DNA of 64,000 nt, from the IMG/VR virus record IMGVR_UViG_3300037465_000558, one strand, 5' to 3'. Made by a program: the position numbers and the translations under genes. The notes beneath the pieces were generated by a model. That model ran no database searches. It was not told where the DNA came from and saw only the letters and a program-made list of their open reading frames with translations. Below are positions 34,185 to 43,938 of this stretch, piece after piece. Numbering within the stretch: position 1 is the stretch's first letter; the number at the start of each line of letters is the position of its first letter. Source of the stretch: a virus.

Positions 34185-35438
34185 ATGGCGAAGAGAAACC
34201 TCTCGTTCCGGCCGGCTTCCGCGGCGCGCGCCAAGGCGCGCATCTTCATCTCGGGCCCAGCGGGCTCCGGGAAGACGCTCGGCGCTCTCTACCTCGCCCA
34301 GGGGCTCGCCGGTAAGGGCGGGCGGATCGGCGTTATCGACACCGAGACGCGGCGGCCGAAGACGGGCGAGCCATCGGGGCGGAGCGAAGCCTATGACGGC
34401 TTCGTCGAGATCGCGGGTGAGGATCCGCTCTCGTTCGACGTGCTCCCTTTGACGCCGCCCTTCTCGCCCGAGACCTACACCGAAGCGCTCTCGATTGCCT
34501 TCGATGAGGGCTTCGATGTCGTTGTCATCGACTCGTTCTCTCACGAGTGGACGGGTGTCGGCGGCGTCCTCGACACCGTGGATCAGGCGCGCGCGTCGCA
34601 GAAGAACCAGTACTACGCCTGGCGTGCGCCGAGCGCCGCTCACGGGCGTCTCGTGGACCTCATCGTCTCGGCGCCGACGCACGTCATCTGCACTCTCCGG
34701 TCGAAGACGGAGTACGAGGTCGTCGGCGGCGCCCCGAAGAAGATCGGCCTTGCGCCCATTCAGCGCGAAGGATTCGACTACGAAGCGGACGTTCATCTCG
34801 ACTGCGACCAGGAGACCCACGGCGTTCGCGTTTTGAAGGCCAACACGTCGTACGCGCGCATGCTGAAGGATGCCATCGCGGTCGAGCAGCGCATCACGCC
34901 CTCGCTCGGCCGGCGCCTGCGCGAGTGGATCGCCGCGGCGCCCGAGGAGCGTCGACAGGCCGAGCGCAAGATGCAGGTCGATCCCAAGGGGCCGCTCGCC
35001 AAGGGTGCGAAGCGCGCCGAAGCCAAGGCCGAGGCGGTGGCAGCCGAACCGACCAACGGCAACGGGTCGCCCGGCGAAGCGCCCGAGGACGAGTGCGTCC
35101 CCGAGTCCGAGCGCTGCCCCGTGGAACCAGGCGACGAGGCGCGCATCCTCACGCGCCAAGAGGCGAACCTCGTCCACAACTGGCTCGTGACCGTGCTCGG
35201 CGATGCCGAGAAGGCCAAGACGGCGTGGCGCGTCGCGGGCGTCGAGGCGAAGGCGGGCGCCCAGGTGACGGGTGCGCACGTGAAGAAGGCCATCGAGTTC
35301 GTGGCCAGCGGTTGCGCCCACGCCGAGACGCAGGATGCGAAGGACGACAAGGGGCGCACGGTCATCACGTGCGTCGCCTGCGGCTTCGTGACGCGCATCA
35401 CCGCGGAGTCCATCGGCACGGGTAAGCAGGAGACCTAG
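34185..35438 (+). CDS. AAA_24/Sak4-like ATPase (recombination-associated) with C-terminal Zn ribbon
   Basis: IFISGPAGSGKT, IGVIDTE, VVVIDSFSHEW, HVICTLRSKTEY, LAPIQREGFDYEAD. Confidence 0.8.
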   Translation: MAKRNLSFRPASAARAKARIFISGPAGSGKTLGALYLAQGLAGKGGRIGVIDTETRRPKTGEPSGRSEAYDGFVEIAGEDPLSFDVLPLTPPFSPETYTEALSIAFDEGFDVVVIDSFSHEWTGVGGVLDTVDQARASQKNQYYAWRAPSAAHGRLVDLIVSAPTHVICTLRSKTEYEVVGGAPKKIGLAPIQREGFDYEADVHLDCDQETHGVRVLKANTSYARMLKDAIAVEQRITPSLGRRLREWIAAAPEERRQAERKMQVDPKGPLAKGAKRAEAKAEAVAAEPTNGNGSPGEAPEDECVPESERCPVEPGDEARILTRQEANLVHNWLVTVLGDAEKAKTAWRVAGVEAKAGAQVTGAHVKKAIEFVASGCAHAETQDAKDDKGRTVITCVACGFVTRITAESIGTGKQET

Positions 35439-35441
35439 AGC

Positions 35442-35597
35442 ATGCACTACTTCTCGGGCTACACGGGAGCGCTCCCGTGGTGCCTCGCCAGCGCCAAGGG
35501 GCCCGTCACCAACATGGACACCGCGGTCAAGTGCGACGCGTGCAAGGCCGCGCTCAAGAGCTTCCGGCTCTACTTCCCCATGGAGACCAGGCGGTAG
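35442..35597 (+). CDS. Small Zn-binding protein
   Basis: Hand-translated 51 aa: MHYFSG..WC..VKCDACK. Confidence 0.55.
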   Translation: MHYFSGYTGALPWCLASAKGPVTNMDTAVKCDACKAALKSFRLYFPMETRR

Positions 35598-35609
35598 GAG
35601 GATGATGGC

Positions 35610-36116
35610 GTGAAGATCGGCAAGAAGAAAGACGACCTCCCGTCCATCGACGAGTTCGAGGGCTACAGCCGCGAGCTTCTCTGTGACCCCGGTACGTACC
35701 CGGCGATCGTGCTCGCGTGCAAGGACCACCAGAGCGCCAACGGGAACGATACCTTCGAGGCCAAGGTGGGCGTGGACTCGCCGCAGGGCGGCGTCCTCTG
35801 CACCCACTACGCCGTGCGAGGGCAGGTGAGCCTCTCGCGGTGGCTCAAGGCGTTCGGCTACGACCTGGAGAAACTCGACGACGACGTCGAGATCGAGGCG
35901 TCCTCGTTCGTGCAGAAGCCACTCAAGGTCGTGGTCCAGGTCGAGGAGGACGAGAACGGCAAGTACGCCCCCAAGATGAAGATCCAGGCCGTCTACCCGC
36001 CGGACAAGGCGGCGTCGGCCACGCCCAAGAAGGCGGCGCCCGCGGCGGCGAAGAAGCCCGCCAAGGTGGCGGCGGCGAAGCCGGGGGACGTGCAGCCGGA
36101 CGACGCACCGTTTTAG
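35610..36116 (+). CDS. Single-stranded DNA-binding protein-like (DUF669-type)
   Basis: PGTYPAIV..HQSANGN.. OB-like pattern, acidic DDAPF tail, adjacent to the Sak4-like ATPase. Confidence 0.7.
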   Translation: MKIGKKKDDLPSIDEFEGYSRELLCDPGTYPAIVLACKDHQSANGNDTFEAKVGVDSPQGGVLCTHYAVRGQVSLSRWLKAFGYDLEKLDDDVEIEASSFVQKPLKVVVQVEEDENGKYAPKMKIQAVYPPDKAASATPKKAAPAAAKKPAKVAAAKPGDVQPDDAPF

Positions 36117-36434
36117 CCATCCGTCAACCTGCATGGCCCGGGTGCATTGAGGAGGCGTAACCCTCGCCACGGCCGCTTTGCTCTGTGGCAGAAAACGGTC
36201 ATAGGCCCGACGGCGCCCGGTCCCGAGGGCTCCTGGATCCGGCAGGCATGCGAGGGTGAAAGCCTAACCGAACGAGTCCGGTGAAACGGCTTGACGGCTC
36301 GGAGAGACGAGCGCTCAATCCCCCTTTCGGTGTCAGGCCCGGCGGGCGGGCGTGTTCCCCATGGATGGCATCCCGACCTTTTTTCCATTCGCCATCCAGG
36401 CTCTCGTCCGCCGGGCCCTCCCTTGGGAGGTGTC

Positions 36435-37502
36435 GTGAGGATCTCGCGCAAGGATCTCGGGCTCGACGCGGGGGTGCCCGCCCACTTCCGGGAGGCGCTC
36501 GTTCGCTGGTTCGAGCAGGACGGGCTCGCCACGGGCATCCCGGAGCGGGATCGGCTGCGCTACTCCTCCGACCTCGACCCCGAGGCGTGCCACCGCAAGA
36601 TATGGTACTCCCTCCACGGCGAGGCCCAAGGTCTAACCCCTACGCGCGAGACGCTCGGCGCCCAACTTCGGTTCTGGGGTGGGCGCCGCTTCGAGGATGC
36701 CATCGGCTCGGCGCTCGTCGCCACGGGGCTCAAGGTCGAGCGGCAAGTCCTCGTGAAGCCGCTCCGACCCTCGGCTTGGTGCTGGGCGGCGGGCCACGCG
36801 GACCTGCTCGTCCTCGACTGGCGCCGGCTCCTGGAGATCAAGGCGCCCCGTGCCGAGTCTTTCCGGCGTGCCCGCGGCAACCCGAGCGAGCTTGTGCGGA
36901 CGCAGTACCGCTACCAGCTCTCAGCTTACTTCCACGAACTGCACCGGCTCGGGCGCGTCGACAGCGCCGCCTGGATCTTCCTCGATCGCGAGGGCTCGAA
37001 CGAGCCCGTGGAAGTCGAGTTCGAGGGCGACTACGTAATCCCCCTGGAGGGTGTCATCGCCGAGGAGGAGTCGAAGGCGTACCTCGTGATGGAGGGCGGG
37101 GAGCCGCCGCCCAGGCTCCCTTTCCAACGGATCGCGAAGGTGTGGAAGGGCAAGCCGGCGGGTCGGAACAAGCCCGCCCAGCGCATCGTGAAAGGCTATG
37201 CCTGGCGGAACTGGCGCTGCGGCTACTGCCCGTGGGAGTCGGTCTGCCAGCCGGGCGAGGCCGTCCAGGACTACGACCCCACGCTCGCCGAACGCGCCGA
37301 GGCCATCGCCACGGCCGAGCGGCGCTGGGCGAGCGGCCAGAAGACGACGCCGCAGATCGTGCCGCTCGGCGAGGCGGCGGTCAACGAGGAGGACAACGAG
37401 ATAGAGGTCGCCGAGGCCCAGGTGGAGGCCGAGGAGGTCGCGGCGGCGAGCGAGAACCAGAACGGGAACGGTGTCGAGGACGAGGTTTCGGGACCGTTCT
37501 GA
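36435..37502 (+). CDS. Cas4-like PD-(D/E)XK exonuclease (stand-alone)
   Basis: GTG 36435 with GGAGG RBS; ACHRKIWY, GHADLL, LEIKA, YQLSAY, CGYCPWESVC. Confidence 0.85.
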   Translation: MRISRKDLGLDAGVPAHFREALVRWFEQDGLATGIPERDRLRYSSDLDPEACHRKIWYSLHGEAQGLTPTRETLGAQLRFWGGRRFEDAIGSALVATGLKVERQVLVKPLRPSAWCWAAGHADLLVLDWRRLLEIKAPRAESFRRARGNPSELVRTQYRYQLSAYFHELHRLGRVDSAAWIFLDREGSNEPVEVEFEGDYVIPLEGVIAEEESKAYLVMEGGEPPPRLPFQRIAKVWKGKPAGRNKPAQRIVKGYAWRNWRCGYCPWESVCQPGEAVQDYDPTLAERAEAIATAERRWASGQKTTPQIVPLGEAAVNEEDNEIEVAEAQVEAEEVAAASENQNGNGVEDEVSGPF

Positions 37503-37906
37503 TGGCTCGTCGAACGGTGAGCGAGGTCTACGGCTTCACGTACTTCGAGCGCCGTTGCATCTACTGCCGGACTCCCTTCGTGGCGACCAACTCGCGGCGG
37601 GTCAAGTGCTCCGACAAGTGTTCGTGGAAGGTGAAGGTCGAGATGGCGCGCTGCGATCTCTGCGAGGTCAAGATCCCTGCGAGCGAGAAGGTGTGCAGCC
37701 CCCAGTGCGCGGCGGCGATCGAGTACTACCAGGCCCGGATCGCGCGAGCAGCCGAGTTCAGGATGTCGGTCGTGGCCATTAAGCGCGCCCTCGCGCCAAG
37801 TCGGGCGCGGAGCATGGACCCCGCGCGCCGTCGCGAGCTTACCGAGCGACTCCGAGACCTGAAAGCCCGCGATTGCTACGCTGGTGCCACGGAGCTTGCC
37901 GGATGA
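37502..37906 (+). CDS. Zn-finger protein
   Basis: CIYC..KCSDKC, CDLC..VCSPQC. Confidence 0.65.
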   Translation: MARRTVSEVYGFTYFERRCIYCRTPFVATNSRRVKCSDKCSWKVKVEMARCDLCEVKIPASEKVCSPQCAAAIEYYQARIARAAEFRMSVVAIKRALAPSRARSMDPARRRELTERLRDLKARDCYAGATELAG

Positions 37907-38094
37907 ACTGGGACAAGCGGACGCTGCGCGCGATCGAGGCGGCCCGAAAGGAGGGGCTGTGGCGCCTGCGCGAGGAGTTGGTCCTCGCCGAGGACGAGGT
38001 GCGGCAGATGGCGCTCTTTCGGGACGATTCAGCCGTCGCGCGCGTGAGAGAGCTTCGCGAGTTGATCGCGAAGGCGGAGGCGGCGGGGGCGTGA
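37903..38094 (+). CDS. Hypothetical helical protein
   Basis: ATGA overlap; 63 aa. Confidence 0.55.
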   Translation: MNWDKRTLRAIEAARKEGLWRLREELVLAEDEVRQMALFRDDSAVARVRELRELIAKAEAAGA

Positions 38095-38516
38095 GACCTC
38101 CCAAGTTCCAGGTCGTCCAGGGCGACGCGCTCGCGACGCTCCGCTCGTTCCCCGAGCGGTCCGTCCAGTGCGTCGTCACGTCGCCGCCGTACTGGGGCCT
38201 CCGCTCCTACCTCCCGAAGGACCACCCGCTCAAGTCCCACGAGATCGGGACGGAGCGCACGCCCCAGGAGTACGTCGAGAAGATCGTCGCGGTGTTCCGG
38301 GAGGTCCGGCGGGTGCTGCGCGACGACGGGGTGTGCTGGTTGAACCTGGGGGACTGCTACGCGAGGCTCGTCGGGATCGATCTGTTCCCCGAGAACGCGG
38401 AGATGGCGCGCGCCCGGATCGCCAACCCGGACTATGCGCGAGACGTGCGAACGGAGAAGCGCATCGCTGCGGCTCCGCCGACAGGACAACTTCCGCTCTT
38501 CGGGAAGGCGCCATGA
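38091..38516 (+). pseudogene. Internally deleted N4/N6 DNA methyltransferase (beta class)
   Basis: GDAL..VQCVVTSPPYWGLR..WLNLGDCY joined directly to the C-terminal GIDL..AEMARARI; no DPFxGSGT SAM motif in 141 aa. Confidence 0.75.
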
Positions 38517-39121
38517 CCTGCAACGGCTGCTCTCGCCAAGTCCGGCGTCTCACTCCCGCGTGCGGCCTCTGCGGTTACGGCGGCGAAGCCGGCATCTGCG
38601 CTCGCTGCAAGAAGGAGCATGCAGCCGCCGCGCACGGCGTGCGGCCCAAGAAGCGGGGCGGCCGCGGTGGGTCCGAAGCCGAGCGCCTCGTGAAGGCGTG
38701 GCTGGAGTTGGCCGGCTGGACCGTCCATCGCGCCGCGGCGACGGGGCTCACGCGGCTCCCGGGCGGCGGTTTCTTCGCGCGGAGCCATGACCTGTTCGGG
38801 TGCATCGACCTCTTGGCGTTCAAGCTCGGCGCCCTGCCGCACGAGACGCACGCCATCCAGGTGACCGTGGCTTCGAGTCGCTCGGCACGCCGGAAGAAGA
38901 TCGAGGCGCTCGCGTGGCCCGTCTCTTGGCGCGTGTCGGTCGTCGTCCACGGCACGCGCCCGAAGGTCGTCGGCCGCGGGAATGACCACTTCTTCAAGAT
39001 CGAGGACTACGAGAACGGCGCCTGGCGGGAGCCCGTCGCCATTCAGGTCGACATGAAGGCGATCGAGGCCCACGTGAAAGCGGAGGCCGGGGCGCGGCGA
39101 GCGAGACAGGAGACGCAATGA
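38513..39121 (+). CDS. Hjc-like PD-(D/E)XK Holliday junction resolvase with N-terminal Zn finger
   Basis: G..AERLVKAWLELAGWTVHRAA..DLFGCIDLLAFK..AIQV. Confidence 0.7.
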   Translation: MTCNGCSRQVRRLTPACGLCGYGGEAGICARCKKEHAAAAHGVRPKKRGGRGGSEAERLVKAWLELAGWTVHRAAATGLTRLPGGGFFARSHDLFGCIDLLAFKLGALPHETHAIQVTVASSRSARRKKIEALAWPVSWRVSVVVHGTRPKVVGRGNDHFFKIEDYENGAWREPVAIQVDMKAIEAHVKAEAGARRARQETQ

Positions 39122-39636
39122 AGAACGGGACCAGAAAGCCCAAGGTCGAGATTCACGAAGGGCCGGACTTCCAGGTCCACGGGCAGGTCTACGCCTACAC
39201 GATCATCACGTGCCACCACGGCACGTTCTTCGGCTTCGACGTGCGCGAGCGGGCCGCCGTCGAGGAGGACTGGCTCGCCAAGTGGGCGCTCGCCTCGAAG
39301 CGACTCGCGAAGCTCGACCTGGAGACGCGCCGGGTGGACGCCGCGGTCTCCTGCGAGCACGGGCGCGAGTTCCCCTCTGGCGACGAGGGCGAGGGCGTGC
39401 GACCCATCGAGTCGAGCGTCGTCGCGCCCACGGCGGATGAGGTCTTCCGCCTGACGGGGATCCCGGAACTAAACGGGCTCGGCGCCTGCTCGGTCCTGGC
39501 GTGCGAGATCCGCGGCATCCTCACGGCGCGGCCGGGCGAAGCGATGGAGTGGCTGGAGGAGGCGGGGTTCCAGTTCGTGAAGCCGGGGGAGCAGGAACGG
39601 CGCCCGAAGCGGGGGCGGAGGTACAAGCCGTCGTGA
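39118..39636 (+). CDS. Hypothetical protein
   Basis: 172 aa, ATGA overlap. Confidence 0.65.
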   Translation: MKNGTRKPKVEIHEGPDFQVHGQVYAYTIITCHHGTFFGFDVRERAAVEEDWLAKWALASKRLAKLDLETRRVDAAVSCEHGREFPSGDEGEGVRPIESSVVAPTADEVFRLTGIPELNGLGACSVLACEIRGILTARPGEAMEWLEEAGFQFVKPGEQERRPKRGRRYKPS

Positions 39637-39686
39637 GCGCCCCGGACGGGATCGGGGAGTGTCTGGTCGGAGGCGGGGCCCGCTGA

Positions 39687-39905
39687 ATGGACCACTCCGT
39701 CGCCAAGGATCTATGGCGCTCGCGCCTCCGCGACCTTGCGCAGCTCTGCGCGCTCGGCGAGACCTTCACGCGCGCGACGATCGGGCGCGGGCGGCGGCCT
39801 CCCGAGAAGGGCTTCGTGAAGTGCTCGGAGTGCCGCGAGCGGGCGAAGCGGTACAGCCTCACGAACTACCACCGGCGCAGAGGGCGGAAGGGGGCGGCGG
39901 CGTGA
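39687..39905 (+). CDS. Small Zn-finger protein
   Basis: 72 aa; KCSECR. Confidence 0.55.
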   Translation: MDHSVAKDLWRSRLRDLAQLCALGETFTRATIGRGRRPPEKGFVKCSECRERAKRYSLTNYHRRRGRKGAAA

Positions 39906-41968
39906 CGAAGGGGGTGGTTGTGGGCAAGAGCCTCATTCCTGCGTCAGCGGGAGCGCACGCCGATTGCGCCCGGGTTCCGTTCGTGGTCCACCGCTTCGAG
40001 CTTCGCGAGGAGTCGGTGCGGCGCATTCGCGGGACGCCGTGGGCGTTCGGCTTCGGTGCCTTCTCCGAGATCGTCTTCCATGACAACTACGCGCGGCGGC
40101 GCCTAGATGGGAGTCTGGAGTCGTGGCCGGACGTCATCCTTCGCGTCGTGAATGGCGTCCTCTCGATCAGGAAGGACTGGTATCTCAGGAACCGACTCCA
40201 GTGGGACGACGGCTACTGGCAAGAAGTCGGCGAGGAGATGGCGCTCGCGTTCCTTCTGCTCAAGTGTGGGCCGCCAGGGCGTGGCTACTTCGCCATGGGG
40301 TCGGAGTACGTTTACGAGCGTGGGGCGATGGCGCTCTACAACTGCGCCGCGACGAAGGTCTTTCCGCAGACGTTCGACCGCGATCTCGGTTGGGCCATGG
40401 ACTCTCTCATGTGCGGCTCGGGCGTCGGCGTCGAGACCATTGGGAGACTGTACGCGCTTCAGCGTCCCGAAGGCGTGCCGGCAACCTACGTCGTGCCCGA
40501 TACGCGCGAGGGGTGGGTCGAGTCTCTGGAGGTTCTCCTGCGCTCATACATGCGCGGGAGTGCTCCGGTCGAGTTCGATTACTCCGAGATCCGCGCCGCA
40601 GGCGAACCCATCAAAACCTTCGGTGGGGCAGCTCCGGGGCCCGAACCGCTTCGCAAGCTCCACGAGCGGGTTCGCGAGCGCTGCGAGCGTTTCATATCGG
40701 GTGAGATCGGGGCCACGCGCCTCGTGGCGGACATCGCGAACATCATCGGTTGCTGCGTCGTGGCGGGGAACATCCGCCGCTCGGCCGAGCTACTCATCGG
40801 CGATCCCGATGACCACGACTTTCTCGATTTGAAGGACTACGATCGCTTCCCCGAGAGACGCGACTGGGGCTGGATGAGCAACAACTCCGTGCGCCTCTCT
40901 GAGTCGCGGCACTTCGAGGCCATTCCGAAGATCGCCGAACGCATCAGGAAGAATGGCGAGCCGGGGCTTTTGAACCTCATCGCGATGCAGCGCTTCGGGC
41001 GCTTTGGAAGGCCGCAGCCCGATCCGGCGGACCTCGCCAACCCCTGTTTGGAGATCCAGCTCTGCGACAAGGAGGTCTGTAATCTCGTCGAGACCTACCC
41101 ATCGCGCTGCCGCGACGAGAAGGAGGTCATTCGTTCTTTCGAGTTGGCGACGCTTTATGCGAGCACGGTCTCACTCCTACCTACGCATCGCATGGAGACC
41201 AACGCCGTGGTCTCTCAGAACCGGCGGATCGGCGTCTCCATCTCTGGCGTCGCCGACTGGGAGGCTCGATCCTCGGCCGCCGAGATGACCAGGATCTTGC
41301 GGGCAGGCTACAAGCGTGTGGTCGCGGAGAACGAACGCCTCGCTCGGGAGGCCGGGATTCGGCCTGCGATCCGTTGCACGACAGTCAAGCCGAGCGGCAC
41401 CGTTTCGCTCCTGGCCGGCGTTTCTCCCGGCGGTCACTTCGCGATCTTCGAGCACTACATCCGGCGGAAGCGCGTCTCGGATCTCTCGGCGCTTCGGCCT
41501 CTCCTCCAGGCGGCGGGTTACCCGTGCGAAAAGGATGCTTACTCCGACGCAACCCAGGTCTTCGAGTTCCCGCTCTCGCAGCCCGGCGTTCGCACGGCGG
41601 TCAAGGCGGGAATGTGGGAGCAAGCACTCCAGCTCTGCATGCTCCAGCGCGAGTGGGCGGACAACTCCGTCTCCTACACCGTGACCTTCGATCCGGCGAC
41701 CGAAGGGGCTCAGGTTGGCAACCTCCTGGCTCAGATCGCGCCCATGGTGAAGGCCATCTCGGCTCTCCCGCGGGACCGGATTGGCGAGGAGCAAACGTAC
41801 GTGCAGCCGCCTTACGAGGAGATCAGCGAGCGCGAGTTGAAGCTCCGCCAGAAGATGGTCCGCCCCATCGACTGGTCTATCTTCCGTGGTGAGGGGACCG
41901 GCGAGGCTGACAAGTACTGCAACGCGGGTATCTGCGAGGTGCGCAAGACCCCGGGAGGACAATCGTGA
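39902..41968 (+). CDS. nrdJ: Class II (B12-dependent, monomeric type) ribonucleotide reductase
   Basis: GTG 39902; PPGRG, GNIRRSAE, NPCLEIQL, CNLVE, TTVKPSGTVS, C-terminal CNAGIC. Confidence 0.92.
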   Translation: MTKGVVVGKSLIPASAGAHADCARVPFVVHRFELREESVRRIRGTPWAFGFGAFSEIVFHDNYARRRLDGSLESWPDVILRVVNGVLSIRKDWYLRNRLQWDDGYWQEVGEEMALAFLLLKCGPPGRGYFAMGSEYVYERGAMALYNCAATKVFPQTFDRDLGWAMDSLMCGSGVGVETIGRLYALQRPEGVPATYVVPDTREGWVESLEVLLRSYMRGSAPVEFDYSEIRAAGEPIKTFGGAAPGPEPLRKLHERVRERCERFISGEIGATRLVADIANIIGCCVVAGNIRRSAELLIGDPDDHDFLDLKDYDRFPERRDWGWMSNNSVRLSESRHFEAIPKIAERIRKNGEPGLLNLIAMQRFGRFGRPQPDPADLANPCLEIQLCDKEVCNLVETYPSRCRDEKEVIRSFELATLYASTVSLLPTHRMETNAVVSQNRRIGVSISGVADWEARSSAAEMTRILRAGYKRVVAENERLAREAGIRPAIRCTTVKPSGTVSLLAGVSPGGHFAIFEHYIRRKRVSDLSALRPLLQAAGYPCEKDAYSDATQVFEFPLSQPGVRTAVKAGMWEQALQLCMLQREWADNSVSYTVTFDPATEGAQVGNLLAQIAPMVKAISALPRDRIGEEQTYVQPPYEEISERELKLRQKMVRPIDWSIFRGEGTGEADKYCNAGICEVRKTPGGQS

Positions 41969-42780
41969 TGCCCTGCGACAGCTCGTTGCTCAAGCCGATC
42001 GGTACCGTCTACCTCGCCGCCCACTTCCAGAATCAGCGTGTGTGCCGCGACGTCTTCCGCCCCGCGTTGGAGCGCGTTCACCTACGCGTGCGAGCCCGCT
42101 GGCTCGACGAGGCCGATCCGCCCAAGGGGTCCGACGGCTATCCTGTGCTTACCGACGCCTTTCAGCGTCAGTGCGCGCTCGTCTGCTTGGAGGACATCCT
42201 GGCCGCCGACGCGCTCGTCCTCTACAACCCCGACGACATGGCGAAGGTCGGGACCGGCGGGCGCATGGTCGAGCTGGGAATGGCGCTCGCATTCGGCTTG
42301 CCCGTCGCCATCGTCGGTTCCCGCTCGAACGTCTTCTGTCATAGCAACGGTGTCTGGCTCGTCTGTCCCACGGCCGACGCCGAGGACAAGTGGGCGGAGT
42401 CGGTGGCGGAGATGGTCCGCCTATCGAAGGAACCCGAGCAGGCGACGCAGGAGCGGTCGCCCACCAAGAGCCAGGACGGCGAGAACGGGATCAACACCCT
42501 CACCGCCGTGCGGTGGCTGGAGAGGAATCAGAACGCGCTCTTCTGGAACCTGGAACCGGGGCGCTGCGTCGTCGCCGTCCGCGACCCCAAGATTCCTGGC
42601 TCGCTCTGGGTCTCCGAGGGCAAGTCGTTCATCGAGGCCATCCGCGAGGCGCGCGACGGCCGAGCGCGGCGCATCTCGACCATCTTCGCGCGCCGTCCCG
42701 CGGACGGGGCGGTTGGCGGGCGCGACCTGGAGCAACTCCTCCGGGAGAGCATCGAGCGGTACAACACGAGGAAGCCGTGA
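41968..42780 (+). CDS. Nucleoside 2-deoxyribosyltransferase-like protein
   Basis: VYLAA, EDILAADALVLY, GTGGRMVELGMALAFGLPVAIVG. Confidence 0.75.
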   Translation: MPCDSSLLKPIGTVYLAAHFQNQRVCRDVFRPALERVHLRVRARWLDEADPPKGSDGYPVLTDAFQRQCALVCLEDILAADALVLYNPDDMAKVGTGGRMVELGMALAFGLPVAIVGSRSNVFCHSNGVWLVCPTADAEDKWAESVAEMVRLSKEPEQATQERSPTKSQDGENGINTLTAVRWLERNQNALFWNLEPGRCVVAVRDPKIPGSLWVSEGKSFIEAIREARDGRARRISTIFARRPADGAVGGRDLEQLLRESIERYNTRKP

Positions 42781-42977
42781 TCCATCGCTGGGAGCCGCTC
42801 GACTACGGGAATACTCTTCGTTGCATTCGCTGCGGCGCGAAGGTCCGTTTCCGTGAGGAGCCGAGCCTGCGCAGCCGCTCCGGCAAACGCATTTTCGACG
42901 AGTACTCGAAAGACGGCGGTCGGACATGGCGACGCGTGACGCTACGGCCGCCTTGTGCTGGGAAGAAGAAGCCGTGA
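42777..42977 (+). CDS. Small Zn-ribbon protein
   Basis: GTGA overlap; HRW..RCIRC. Confidence 0.55.
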   Translation: MIHRWEPLDYGNTLRCIRCGAKVRFREEPSLRSRSGKRIFDEYSKDGGRTWRRVTLRPPCAGKKKP

Positions 42978-43546
42978 CCATCCATAACCTGGTCAAGTCG
43001 GCTTGGGCGGAGATGCGCCCGCTCTACAAGACGGACGTTGAGGCCGTGGCCGGCGTAGCGCGCGTGACAGGCGCTTCCTCGGCCCTTGTTGCCGAGATCC
43101 TCGGACGCTGTGAGGGCGGGCGACGGCGTGGCATCCAGTATCACGAGAGGGTCAAGCAGCGCCCTTGTGGCCCGAACAAGGCCCCGCGGAAGACCTGCTC
43201 TCGCGGTCATTCGCTTGAAGGCGGCAACCTCTACGTCTCGCCGAAGGGGCACAAGCGGTGTCGAACCTGTCACCGCGAGCGCGTCCGTGAGCGGCGAGAC
43301 CGGAAGCCTCGCCTGGAGAGGTACGCCGAGAGCCGCGAGCGCTACCGGCGGAAGATGCTCAAACAAGGGCGCCTGGTCCATCCGAAGGGCTCGCCTGCGT
43401 GTCGCCGCGGCCACGCCTACACCGACGAGAACACCATCCTGCGTCCGAGCGGCGGGCGCGAGTGCCGCGCGTGTCGCCGGTTGAACCAGAACGCTCGACG
43501 AGCGAGGGGTCGGAGAGCCAGACTGGGGTCGCGGAGAAGCGCATGA
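42974..43546 (+). CDS. DNA-binding protein with two C-x2-GH-x-N-x-R-x-C-x2-C repeats
   Basis: CSRGHSLEGGNLYV..RCRTC and CRRGHAYTDENTIL..RECRAC. Confidence 0.7.
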   Translation: MTIHNLVKSAWAEMRPLYKTDVEAVAGVARVTGASSALVAEILGRCEGGRRRGIQYHERVKQRPCGPNKAPRKTCSRGHSLEGGNLYVSPKGHKRCRTCHRERVRERRDRKPRLERYAESRERYRRKMLKQGRLVHPKGSPACRRGHAYTDENTILRPSGGRECRACRRLNQNARRARGRRARLGSRRSA

Positions 43547-43938
43547 AGCACCGTCACCCGCGACTCGCTCGTCCGATTCCGTTCGCGCAACTTGTGAGAG
43601 AGTTCCGGGCGCTCTGGCGGCGGGCGCGTGTCCCTGCGCGACCTCTTCCGAGCATCGTCATCGATGCGCGCATGGAGGCGATCCACAAGAGGAACGCTCG
43701 CCGTTACGCCGAGGTCGACGTGCGGCGACGGATCTTCCACTTCGCGCCGGCCGTCCTCTGGCTCCCGCAAACTCACCGGCTTGGCCTTCTCGCGCATGAG
43801 ATCGGCCACGTTATCATGGACGGCCGCGGGACGGAGACCGACGCCGATTGCGCGGCGTTCGACGACCTCGACGTCGTCATCGAGTACGATCGACGCTGGC
43901 CTGGTCGAGGGGTCCAGCGTGGAAGGAGAGCAAGATGA
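43543..43938 (+). CDS. Small zincin-like (HExxH) protein
   Basis: ATG 43543; GLLAHEIGHVI followed by ETDAD. Confidence 0.6.
   Translation: MKHRHPRLARPIPFAQLVREFRALWRRARVPARPLPSIVIDARMEAIHKRNARRYAEVDVRRRIFHFAPAVLWLPQTHRLGLLAHEIGHVIMDGRGTETDADCAAFDDLDVVIEYDRRWPGRGVQRGRRAR

Noticed and set aside
25153-35438. MoxR, PIF1 or AAA_24 ATPase as the genome-packaging motor
   Set aside because: Motifs match their own families; none shows FtsK/A32 or terminase signatures.
36435-37502. CRISPR-Cas locus
   Set aside because: The Cas4-like gene stands alone in a recombination module; no cas1/cas2 or repeat-spacer array was seen.
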